From Thermoplasmata archaeon (lineage in GTDB: Archaea; Thermoplasmatota; Poseidoniia; Poseidoniales; Thalassarchaeaceae), in NCBI GenBank assembly GCA_002727675.1, contig PBXQ01000073.1, positions 31,272 to 95,271 on the forward strand: a DNA stretch of 64,000 nucleotides. Direction: 5' to 3'. Both the position numbers and the translations under genes were made by a program. This document shows, in pieces, positions 1 to 9,067 of this stretch. Each line of letters opens with the position of its first letter. Position 1 is the first letter of the stretch. The notes under the pieces were generated by a model that saw only the letters and a list, made by a program, of their open reading frames with translations, had not been told where the DNA came from and searched no databases.

Positions 1-3000
1 ACATTTGCAGCAGGTTGGGTTGCAGTGTCATTTAGAGACAAACCTTGGCTCTTGGTTCTAGTTAGTGGCGGTGCAATTGCTGGTGTAATTTTAGGTGCAT
101 TGTATGCTTTACAATATTTGGAAATTTACAATGGATGGGATGTACTAACCACTGGTGGTTATTATTTCTCAAAGAACAAGGTTTTCGGAACAATTGCTGA
201 AGCACAGGCTCCTAGCCGAGCTATGCTATTTGCCTCATTTGGTCCAATAGTTGCATTAGCTGCCCTTTTTGCAGGGGTTATAGCATTCTGGCAAGGGATT
301 AGAAATCGTAATGGTAGTCGTTTAGTTTTGGCAGTCTGGATTCTTGTTGCTGTTCTTATGGCTTGGAGAGCTGGAAGGTTCGTCTTCAATGCTACTCCAC
401 CCGTTGCGGTTATGGGTGCTTGGGCATTTGTGATCTTTTGGCAGAAAGTTGGAGGTACAGAATTTGGTAAAACATGGCGTAGAATGGGTATTGGTTCACC
501 TAAAGCAAGATTTTCTTCAACAACCAAGACTGCTAGAAAATACCCTGGCGTTGTAGCAGTTTTGATGATATTTATGTTAGTTGGCGCACAACATGCAACA
601 TATGGGATAGATTCAGGTATTCCTTCTGGTAATTCAAAAGCAAAGGACATAGATTCTAGTATTTACAATATTACACCTAGTATATTGAGGGCTGAAGATC
701 CACTCTTTGGCTGGTCTATTCTTGACTCAACTCCTTACAATCCACCAAGTAGTTGTAGAGGTTTGACTAAAGAATCTAGTTGTTGGTACATGGGTGCATT
801 TGGACCAGGGTTCAATAGTTTGTATTGGAATGAAGGTTATCAATGGCTTGAGGAACAAGATAAAGATGTCCCATTTGGTCAAAGACCAGCGTTCGTTTCA
901 TGGTGGGATTATGGATTCCAAGCTTTAGCCCAGGGGCAACACCCAACTGTAGCCGATAACTTCCAGTCGGGAATTCCCGCGGCAGGAAATATGTTATTGG
1001 CTCAAAATGATCAAGATTTACTTTCTTTGTACACTATGACAATTGCTGAAGGTGATTTGAGATACAACGACGGGCAATTTACTAATGATTTCAAACAGAT
1101 TTTGAGGCAACAATTTACTAATGCTCAGATAGATGAATTCCATTTGTTAAATACTCTTGGCGGGGATGAAGGTGTAAATGAATTACAGGCACGTTCTTTC
1201 AAAGTAACTCGTAATGCCGGTGATGTTTCTTTAGCAGAAGGGTATTTATTGGATTCGAATGGGATGCCAACTTCTAGTATTGTTTACAGAGTTTATCAAA
1301 GTAATGAACAAATTGGTATTGATTATAATTCAGAATTTGATGCAATCATGATGTTTAATCAAACCAAAGATAGGAATGATGATGTAAATACAGGTTCTGA
1401 TGGTTTCACACATCAAATAATTGGAAATTATTGGTACACTAAGGATATTGTAGAAAGTTTTGATGATGTTTCAACATCAATTCATAGACAAAATGCTCGT
1501 TTAGCATTAGGTCGTGCTTTCTTAACAACTGCTTTAGATATGGATGAATTAGTTGAATTATATCATGGGATTACTCATGATATTACATACACTGTGGCAA
1601 ACTCAGAAGGTAATCCAGGTGACCTGATTAACAGAAATCACGATATTCGCTATTTTGCAGTTGATAACAGATTATATCCAACAGGTGGTTCATACCAACA
1701 AAGCGGAGGAAATCCTACCGGAATTTTCTATGCACCTACAACATTATCTGGTCTAGATCCTGAAACATACATGAAAACTTGGTATGTTACTCAAAGAGGT
1801 TCTTCTAGTTATTATATTGATATGACACAAGAGGAATATGAGGAACAATTGGAAGCAGACTATTTAGCAAGTGAATCTCAAAGTACTGAAGAAATTATAC
1901 AAGCGGTTGATATTAGAATTGATCAAGAACCTGAATTCTTTGACACAATGGTCTCCCGAGCTTATGTTGGATATGGTAGTTCTCATCTTGGGTTGCCAGG
2001 TGACCCTTCGCAACCAGGTCAGCATTTTGATTTACGAGGGACAGTAAATTCGAGTTTACAGTATGCATTCCCTCTGCCTGGTGCTATGATGCCTAATTTC
2101 GTAATTGCAAATTGGTACAACCCCGATGCAACTAATGAAACTCCATGGTATGATGCAAATACAGGAGTTAAGATTCTGAAATATTATAGTGGTGCTACAT
2201 TAACTGGTGAAGTTACTCTTGGTAACTTTACTACTGTGCCAAAGGCTAGATTATTAATTGAAAGGGATGCTTACAGTGGTGAGGATATGTTTGATGAAGA
2301 TCCAAGAGAATATTGGATACCAATTGGTACTACTGATGCAGATGAAAATGGTCATTTTAGTTTCCGAGTTCCTGCAGGTCATATCCGTGTTACTGCATTT
2401 TCTGGCTTTGCAGAAGATCCAGAAGTTTTGCGAAATCAAGACCGTGATGCTATAGTTGCGGCACAACAAGATTTCCAGGAATGGCAGGAGTGGTTTGGAG
2501 ACATTTTGGGACAGTCAGATGGTGCTAGAGAAGTAAATCCAGTTACCAGTATCCTTGCAAACGTGAGTGGTGGTAAATTGCTAGGTGAAATACAATTCAC
2601 TGTTACAGGAGAAGAGGCCGACACAGATGGCGGAGCAGTCATTTCAAAATCAATTAATATTGAATCATCATCTGCAACAGGTGTTGTGTCTTGGGAAGGG
2701 CACTCATCATTTGATGGTCAAGCATTGAGTTCTCATGAATTGATTTTTACTGATATTTGGACAGAAGAAGAGTTGCCTCATATCTGGACTACTAATGGTA
2801 CTGTTGTTAGTGATGCTGAGCATCCCAGAGTATTCATTGGAGACGGCGAGGTTACTTTCTCAGGTGCAGGAACAATGGTTAGTAATGGTGAGGTATTAGT
2901 TTCAGACTTTACTGGTAACTATACTAGGACAATTGCAGATAACCATTCATTTACTGGTGAAGGTTTGTATTCTGGAATTGGAGAATTTGTAGGTACAATT

Positions 3001-6000
3001 ACTAGCAATGAGGCAATATCAACTTGTGTTAACAATTCAGTTCCCGAAGAGGAAGAAATTTGTACGATTCCAAACTCAAATCCTACGGCCTATCTTTTCT
3101 CAGGTTCATTTAATGGGGTAGGAAAAGTAACTGCTAATGGAACTGTCGAATATACTGCCACATTGTACCGTGAAACATTAGTAGGTAATGGAATATTTAT
3201 TGTTGACCAATCTGATGATTCATTAGATAGTTATGGGACAATAAATGGTTCAGGCACATTTAGTGGGGTGGGGACATTCTCGGGTGACATGGTTCAACCA
3301 GGTAGTTTCCATCTTGTTGATGCTCTCCCCGGTTCATATCGTGTATACATAGTATTACCAAATGGAAACATTACTCGTTTGAGCACACCTCTTGAAGTTG
3401 ATAGTTCACCTACCAGTGATGTTCAACTCAAATTACCGGCTTCTTGGATTGAGGGTGATTTGAAATGGTTTAGTGGGGATCCAATCTCTGATATGGCATT
3501 AGAATTAACAGAATTAAGTATTGATGAACCAGCCACACAACCTTGTACTGAGGTTTTGTTTGCACCTTGTATATTGTATACTGATGAGAATGGTTCTTTC
3601 GGATACGGACCAATACCTGATGGTACATATAATTTGAAAATGGATGCTGATGGTGATGGTTTCTACGAATGTGTCCCTTGGCAAACTCCCGCATCAACAA
3701 ATTTCTGTGATGGGCGCGCTGAAATAATTGCTACAATTGATCCAATGAATTTTACATTGATTCAAACTTCTTCCCCAGTGCCTTCTCATTATGATTTGGA
3801 GTTCACTCTAAAGCAAGATTTGGGTGGTGGTACTGTTGAACCAGTTTCTGATGTTGATGTATTTTTCCATAGTAATTTGTTAACTGATGGAGAGTATATT
3901 TCAGCAATATTTGATAATGATTCTAGTACCTATAAGATTGAATTACCAGAGGGTGAATGGGTTGTAAATGCTTCAGATGATAGTGGTTTGATGTTATGGG
4001 AAGAATTTGAATTACTTGATAATATGACTGGAATGGATTGGATTCTACGTGAGAGTGTTAATGTCACTGGACAAATATTAGTTCAAACAGGTAAATCTGA
4101 ATCGCCACAGGAGGGCGTGCCTAATTTGGAAGTCAAATTCCAATGGGGTGGCATCACCACATCAGTACAAACCAGTTCTGGTATGAATGCAGGTAATTTC
4201 TCTGTTTTACTTCCAGAGGGCGTTGCAGTAAACATGACGGCGCAATCTATTGCTAGTCAAATGTCCAATGGGACAAGCTTTATTGTTTCAGAATCTAATT
4301 CTCATATTATAATGAATATTGAATCAGGATTGCAATTAAATGGTGGGTTATATTTGTATGATAATATGACTGCATATTCACCCTATGTTCCTGGGTTCAT
4401 GCCATATCAATTACATGCACACGATGACGATAGAGATGTTCATTGGTTCTTTGATGTATCAGTTGAAGATGGTAGATATTCACCTAAATTACAATATGGT
4501 AATTGGACATTGTCAATAACCGATGAACGTCTAAATGTTGATCCTGTTCAGTTATTTGTTTCTGATGAAAATATTGAATTAATGTCTCACTTTGAATTGT
4601 TTGCTAATCCAGAAAATATTACTTTAAACATTACCGCATTCTTAGACCATTCAAGAGACGGAAATTCTTCTAACGGTACCTTGGTTGATATTGATTTCTC
4701 ATTAACAGCTATTTCAGGTGGTTCTGATTTGAATGTATCATCATCTGAAATGAATAATGGAAATGTTGAGGTGTCGCTTCACCCTGGTGTTTACAGTTTT
4801 ACAGTTGAAAACCAGGATGTATCTAACGGTACAGATTTTGGTACTTCTTTAATGAATACAGAATATGTATTAGAGTTAGGTCTTGATAATACTACAACAG
4901 AATTTGCTAATTTATCACTTGAACCTCTTTGGAAACTTGATGGAAATCTAGAAAACATGTCAGGTGGAGTAATTGAAAATGGTACATTGAAATTTGAAGA
5001 GATGGATACTGGAGACGCATTTGAAATCATTACAGATGAAAACGGCACAATCTCTGATTATGTCCCAGAGGGTCAGTGGTTAGTAATCTTCGAGCGAAAA
5101 CTGGTCGGTGCTGAATATGAAGAGTTGAGATATAATTTGACAGTGGATGAAAATTCCCAACGTTCCAACGTTACTTTTAGGACTTTAGAATCAGCTGAAA
5201 TTTCACTAAATATCAATATTAGTGATTCAGGTGACCCATTATCTGGTTTGTCAGCAACTGCTACAAGTGCTAATGGGCTTGGCGAAATCACTTTGCCATT
5301 GACGAATGATCAAGGTCATGTTTTAGCACATTTGTATCCTGGTGATTGGATTGTTTCCCTCAATATTACTCACAATATGGATCGCTGGGTACTTGAAGGC
5401 CAGAGTTTGCCAACAGCCTCAGCAGGTCAGAATATTTCTGAAAATTTCACTGTTGAACACCACGTTACTTTAGGTGGAAATCTATTTTGGGATTTAGATT
5501 CTGATGATCTGTATGATTTCAATGAAGGAGTTGAAGGTGCAAACGTCACAGTATCAGGCGGAGGTCTTTCAGAGCAGGTGAATTTGACAAGTTCTGAATT
5601 AGGAACTTGGTCACTATTTGTTCCATCAAATAATAACTATACTGTTGAGGCAACACAAATTGGTTTTGGTACAGTTTCAATTTTGGCCGAGGTATCTACT
5701 ACTTCTAATTCTACAGATATTGAATTAATTGCAGGCAATGTTTCAATTAATGGAACAATTGATTACATTCAAATGCAATTATGGGACGATTTCTCAGATG
5801 ATGTTGTTCTTACACTAATGCCTAAATCAGGAATTGAAAGAGATTCTCGCACCCCCACGAAGGTAATGGCGCTTGATGGTACATGGGATGGAGAGTGGGT
5901 GGCTGATGTTGAGCCGGGATCATGGGTTTTGTATGCATCAGTAGTTAGTGAAGGAATAGTTGGTATAGTTTCAGTGGAAGCAGATGTACATAATGGTACC

Positions 6001-7572
6001 ACGGTCAATATGACTATGGTTAAGGGCGGTACAATGAACATCGCTACAGAATGGGTTGATTTCACCGGAACACCTCATGATTTATCCGAAATCTCAGTCC
6101 CAGGGGCAGAAATAATTGGGAGTACTGAAATTATTGTGTCTCATGAAACAATGTCATGGAATGCAACTGTAGATTCAAATGGCGACCTCAGTATATTATT
6201 GCCTGCTGGTGATGTCAACTTTGAAGGACAATTTGAAACTACTGAACTAGGCATGGTTATGGATTATCGTGCTGGTTTATCCAGCGCAATTGCTTCTCAA
6301 CAGGAATCACCATCTGCTACTTTGAGGTTTAACAGAATACTTGATCATTCTATTAGTTTCGTAGTTTCTTCAGTGGTTGGTGCAAATTTGTCTGAAGATT
6401 CAAATAATAATGTAATAGCCTTATACCATAATGATACAGATTACGAAGTGATTGAATTCACAATTGAACTTGAATATGAGGGTAATGAAGGATATGACGA
6501 ATATACAATTGGCACTGTATTTGATTCAATAGATGTTGATCAATGGTCAATAGAGTTCTTTAATGGAACTGATGCTAATGGTACTGAATTATGGGTTGAA
6601 GAACTCCCTGCAAATCTAGGCTTAAATTCTAATTCATCTGTTACAGTTAGGATGAGGGTTGTAATAGCTAGCATTGCTGGAGCCCAAACGATTGACGATG
6701 GGCACAAGATTAGACTTAGATCAACTCATTCTACCGGTACTTTTAGTGAGTATGTTATTACAGTAAATATTCCTCAGACATTTTCTATTGAGATTATTTC
6801 TAGTCCAGAAAATACGATAGGTGTATTCCCTGGAGAAGAAGAAAAGGTAGAATTTATTATACAAAATACTGGGAATGGCCAAGACATGCTATCTTTCAAC
6901 ATTGACAAGACATGGTTGCCCGAGGGATGGAGTGCTACAGGACCAAGCGAATCTCCATGGGTGAGTGGTGAAGAGAGAGCATATTCATTCACAGTATTTG
7001 CTCCCGAAGGGGCTAATTCTGATACATTTACCTTAGTATTGAATATTAACAGTTCAGATGGCACATCATATGATCCAATTGAGATTGACGTAAAGAGTGC
7101 CAAACCAATACTAAATTTTGTTCAAGATGCTACTGGTACTTTTGATGATGGAAATGCTATTTCAGGAGAAAGTAACAAGATGATAGTTACTGTAGAAAAT
7201 AATGGACTTGTTGATGCACAAAATATTAGAGTAAATGTTAGTATAACAGATAGTAAAGGAAATCATGCTTACATTTTGTCTGATCCTCAAGAAATATCAT
7301 CAGGTAAAACAGCAGAATATATCATGTTTATCGATTTAGATGGAATTGGAATAGGCAAGCAAGAATTCACATTTACTTTGGAAAGTGAATTTGGACTTGA
7401 TTTAGATAGTGGGTCTGATATAGAGCCATATTCAACAATTATCCAAGTTTCTACTCCCCCTATTGATTCAGTTAATGTGTGGGTTCCTCTGATAATTATT
7501 GCAGTATTTATCTTTGGATTCTTTGGATTTAGAAGAATTAAGGAGTCTTTGTCAGCGCAGATGCCTTTCTGA
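1..7572 (+). CDS. aglB: Giant membrane glycoprotein whose N-terminal region is an AglB/STT3-type oligosaccharyltransferase core, followed by about 2200 aa of beta-rich extracellular repeats and a C-terminal TM anchor. It is 5'-partial: the frame is open from nt 1, and the ORF track starts it at an in-frame GTG at 25.
   Basis: Hydrophobic TM helices lie in the first ~300 aa. The WWDYGFQ motif at nt 901-921 (STT3/AglB WWDYG catalytic motif) is followed by TVADNFQSG, resembling the STT3 TLVDNNTWN region. The downstream region is rich in N-x-S/T sequons and CARDB-like xNxGNxx segments. The C-terminal hydrophobic segment VWVPLIIIAVFIFGFFGF is followed by RRIK. The uninterrupted 7.5 kb ORF cannot be chance at this AT content. 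Confidence 0.6.
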   Translation, partial: TFAAGWVAVSFRDKPWLLVLVSGGAIAGVILGALYALQYLEIYNGWDVLTTGGYYFSKNKVFGTIAEAQAPSRAMLFASFGPIVALAALFAGVIAFWQGIRNRNGSRLVLAVWILVAVLMAWRAGRFVFNATPPVAVMGAWAFVIFWQKVGGTEFGKTWRRMGIGSPKARFSSTTKTARKYPGVVAVLMIFMLVGAQHATYGIDSGIPSGNSKAKDIDSSIYNITPSILRAEDPLFGWSILDSTPYNPPSSCRGLTKESSCWYMGAFGPGFNSLYWNEGYQWLEEQDKDVPFGQRPAFVSWWDYGFQALAQGQHPTVADNFQSGIPAAGNMLLAQNDQDLLSLYTMTIAEGDLRYNDGQFTNDFKQILRQQFTNAQIDEFHLLNTLGGDEGVNELQARSFKVTRNAGDVSLAEGYLLDSNGMPTSSIVYRVYQSNEQIGIDYNSEFDAIMMFNQTKDRNDDVNTGSDGFTHQIIGNYWYTKDIVESFDDVSTSIHRQNARLALGRAFLTTALDMDELVELYHGITHDITYTVANSEGNPGDLINRNHDIRYFAVDNRLYPTGGSYQQSGGNPTGIFYAPTTLSGLDPETYMKTWYVTQRGSSSYYIDMTQEEYEEQLEADYLASESQSTEEIIQAVDIRIDQEPEFFDTMVSRAYVGYGSSHLGLPGDPSQPGQHFDLRGTVNSSLQYAFPLPGAMMPNFVIANWYNPDATNETPWYDANTGVKILKYYSGATLTGEVTLGNFTTVPKARLLIERDAYSGEDMFDEDPREYWIPIGTTDADENGHFSFRVPAGHIRVTAFSGFAEDPEVLRNQDRDAIVAAQQDFQEWQEWFGDILGQSDGAREVNPVTSILANVSGGKLLGEIQFTVTGEEADTDGGAVISKSINIESSSATGVVSWEGHSSFDGQALSSHELIFTDIWTEEELPHIWTTNGTVVSDAEHPRVFIGDGEVTFSGAGTMVSNGEVLVSDFTGNYTRTIADNHSFTGEGLYSGIGEFVGTITSNEAISTCVNNSVPEEEEICTIPNSNPTAYLFSGSFNGVGKVTANGTVEYTATLYRETLVGNGIFIVDQSDDSLDSYGTINGSGTFSGVGTFSGDMVQPGSFHLVDALPGSYRVYIVLPNGNITRLSTPLEVDSSPTSDVQLKLPASWIEGDLKWFSGDPISDMALELTELSIDEPATQPCTEVLFAPCILYTDENGSFGYGPIPDGTYNLKMDADGDGFYECVPWQTPASTNFCDGRAEIIATIDPMNFTLIQTSSPVPSHYDLEFTLKQDLGGGTVEPVSDVDVFFHSNLLTDGEYISAIFDNDSSTYKIELPEGEWVVNASDDSGLMLWEEFELLDNMTGMDWILRESVNVTGQILVQTGKSESPQEGVPNLEVKFQWGGITTSVQTSSGMNAGNFSVLLPEGVAVNMTAQSIASQMSNGTSFIVSESNSHIIMNIESGLQLNGGLYLYDNMTAYSPYVPGFMPYQLHAHDDDRDVHWFFDVSVEDGRYSPKLQYGNWTLSITDERLNVDPVQLFVSDENIELMSHFELFANPENITLNITAFLDHSRDGNSSNGTLVDIDFSLTAISGGSDLNVSSSEMNNGNVEVSLHPGVYSFTVENQDVSNGTDFGTSLMNTEYVLELGLDNTTTEFANLSLEPLWKLDGNLENMSGGVIENGTLKFEEMDTGDAFEIITDENGTISDYVPEGQWLVIFERKLVGAEYEELRYNLTVDENSQRSNVTFRTLESAEISLNINISDSGDPLSGLSATATSANGLGEITLPLTNDQGHVLAHLYPGDWIVSLNITHNMDRWVLEGQSLPTASAGQNISENFTVEHHVTLGGNLFWDLDSDDLYDFNEGVEGANVTVSGGGLSEQVNLTSSELGTWSLFVPSNNNYTVEATQIGFGTVSILAEVSTTSNSTDIELIAGNVSINGTIDYIQMQLWDDFSDDVVLTLMPKSGIERDSRTPTKVMALDGTWDGEWVADVEPGSWVLYASVVSEGIVGIVSVEADVHNGTTVNMTMVKGGTMNIATEWVDFTGTPHDLSEISVPGAEIIGSTEIIVSHETMSWNATVDSNGDLSILLPAGDVNFEGQFETTELGMVMDYRAGLSSAIASQQESPSATLRFNRILDHSISFVVSSVVGANLSEDSNNNVIALYHNDTDYEVIEFTIELEYEGNEGYDEYTIGTVFDSIDVDQWSIEFFNGTDANGTELWVEELPANLGLNSNSSVTVRMRVVIASIAGAQTIDDGHKIRLRSTHSTGTFSEYVITVNIPQTFSIEIISSPENTIGVFPGEEEKVEFIIQNTGNGQDMLSFNIDKTWLPEGWSATGPSESPWVSGEERAYSFTVFAPEGANSDTFTLVLNINSSDGTSYDPIEIDVKSAKPILNFVQDATGTFDDGNAISGESNKMIVTVENNGLVDAQNIRVNVSITDSKGNHAYILSDPQEISSGKTAEYIMFIDLDGIGIGKQEFTFTLESEFGLDLDSGSDIEPYSTIIQVSTPPIDSVNVWVPLIIIAVFIFGFFGFRRIKESLSAQMPF

Positions 7573-7648
7573 TTTGATTACAAATTGCATTTAACCTTCG
7601 AGAGAAGGGTGATTTAGAGCGAGCCTCTCCGAGACCCTATAGGGTGGT

Positions 7649-8914
7649 TTGGTGATTCCGGGTCTAGAGGGTGTAGAATTGCTCCCAGAGCCTGAAGATC
7701 CGCGTATGTTGAGTACAATAGACCCGGGTGCAACAGGTTATCCTGCTGAAGCATACGGGATGGATCCAGAAATGGACCCTCAAGCTTGGAAGGGCGCTGA
7801 AGCCATTAATCCAGTTAGGCTAAGGAATAGGTTGCCTTGGGGTGGATGGATATTAGTTTGCTTCATAATTGTAGGAATAATAACATATAGTTCGTTGGTA
7901 GACTATATTGAAGAATTTTTACCTGAATCAGAATGGGCTTATGAAGAATCAGGTATTAGGGATTTGAATGAAGCAGGGTTCAGTGGCAAAGGCGTCAGAG
8001 TTTGCATTGTTGATACCGGCATAGACGTCACACACCCGGATTTGGTTAATACTAATTTAGTCGGTTTCAAAGATTTCGTCCACGATACTCAAGGAAATCC
8101 TCATGATAATGATGTTACCAAATCACATGGCACTATGATGGCTGGAATAATTGTAGCTAATGGTTCATTTATTGGGGCAGCACCTAACATTGAATTGATT
8201 GTGGCTGCTGCTCTTGGTTCTGATGGTAGTTCTGGTTCTGAAGTGTCTGTATCTGAAGCAATAGATTGGTGTTGGATAGAAATGGGTGCAGAAATAATTA
8301 GTTTAAGTTTAGGTGGTAAAACAGATTTAGTTTCCACATATGGTGGTAGTACAGAATCATCAGTTAAGGATGCATTAGATAATGGTGTTTTTGTCGTTGC
8401 GGCAGCGGGTAATCATGGTGGCGCTGGACAAGATTATCCTGACGTTACTATCCCTGCCAATGTTGATGGCGTAATTTCCGTAGGTGCAGCGCATAGAAAT
8501 AATACAGTATGGCAGTTGTCTAGTGCAGGTTCTCCTACTAATTCCTCTGGGGGGATTAGAGAATGGCCAAATCAGAAGCCAGAGGTAATTGCTCCTGGTG
8601 TTGGCATTTACTCGACTTTTGTTTCTGAAAGGACTGGGGCAACTTGGTCCATAAGTGATGGTACTAGTGACGCGACAGTATATGTCACTGCATCTTTGGC
8701 TTTGATATTAGAAAGGTATCAAGGTAATCCTGCTTTGATGCCCACTCATCAAGGGGATAGATCTCCAATTAATCTTGTTAAATCTGCTTTAGCTGAATCG
8801 TGTGAGCCAGGGACATTTCAAAATCAGGGCGAACACCATTTACGTTATGGGTATGGATCATTGAATGCCAAGGATTGGTCTGATGCGGTGGGCGTTAGAA
8901 TAAGTAATGCGTAA
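7649..8914 (+). CDS. Membrane-anchored subtilisin-like serine protease (peptidase S8). The ORF-track start is TTG at 7649; the first in-frame ATG is about 7706.
   Basis: S8 catalytic triad motifs: VCIVDTGID (Asp), HGTMMAGII (His), GTSDATVYV (Ser). An N-terminal cytoplasmic stretch is followed by a TM helix GGWILVCFIIVGIITYSSLV acting as a signal anchor. Confidence 0.8.
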   Translation: MVIPGLEGVELLPEPEDPRMLSTIDPGATGYPAEAYGMDPEMDPQAWKGAEAINPVRLRNRLPWGGWILVCFIIVGIITYSSLVDYIEEFLPESEWAYEESGIRDLNEAGFSGKGVRVCIVDTGIDVTHPDLVNTNLVGFKDFVHDTQGNPHDNDVTKSHGTMMAGIIVANGSFIGAAPNIELIVAAALGSDGSSGSEVSVSEAIDWCWIEMGAEIISLSLGGKTDLVSTYGGSTESSVKDALDNGVFVVAAAGNHGGAGQDYPDVTIPANVDGVISVGAAHRNNTVWQLSSAGSPTNSSGGIREWPNQKPEVIAPGVGIYSTFVSERTGATWSISDGTSDATVYVTASLALILERYQGNPALMPTHQGDRSPINLVKSALAESCEPGTFQNQGEHHLRYGYGSLNAKDWSDAVGVRISNA

Positions 8915-9067
8915 TATAGAATGATATTATTTTTAATATTTGATACATTGTTATTTTATGGGCTAGAAAAATATTGATATTATTGGCTATTTATGATACT
9001 TTTTCAATTGGAAAAAGGCGTTTCCTTATAACCTAAGCCGGAAGTAGATGATTTAGAAGGTGTTGAG
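8915..9067 (+). promoter_or_regulatory. AT-rich intergenic region with an oligo-T terminator-like tract for the protease gene and a TATA-like or SD region for the beta-helix giant gene.
   Basis: tattatttttaatattt T-tract just after stop 8914. ggctatttatgatac TATA-like element. aaggtg SD 8 nt before ATG 9068. Confidence 0.3.

Noticed and set aside
162-650. 162 aa minus-strand ORF inside the AglB-giant gene
   Set aside because: It is fully embedded antisense in a 7.5 kb ORF with strong domain evidence. It has no motifs and is a typical shadow ORF.
7573-7648. 10-bp perfect palindrome ccctataggg (7636-7645) between the AglB-giant gene and the protease gene
   Set aside because: It is short and isolated with no T-tract. 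It could be a restriction-site-like coincidence, and evidence is insufficient to call it a terminator or operator.
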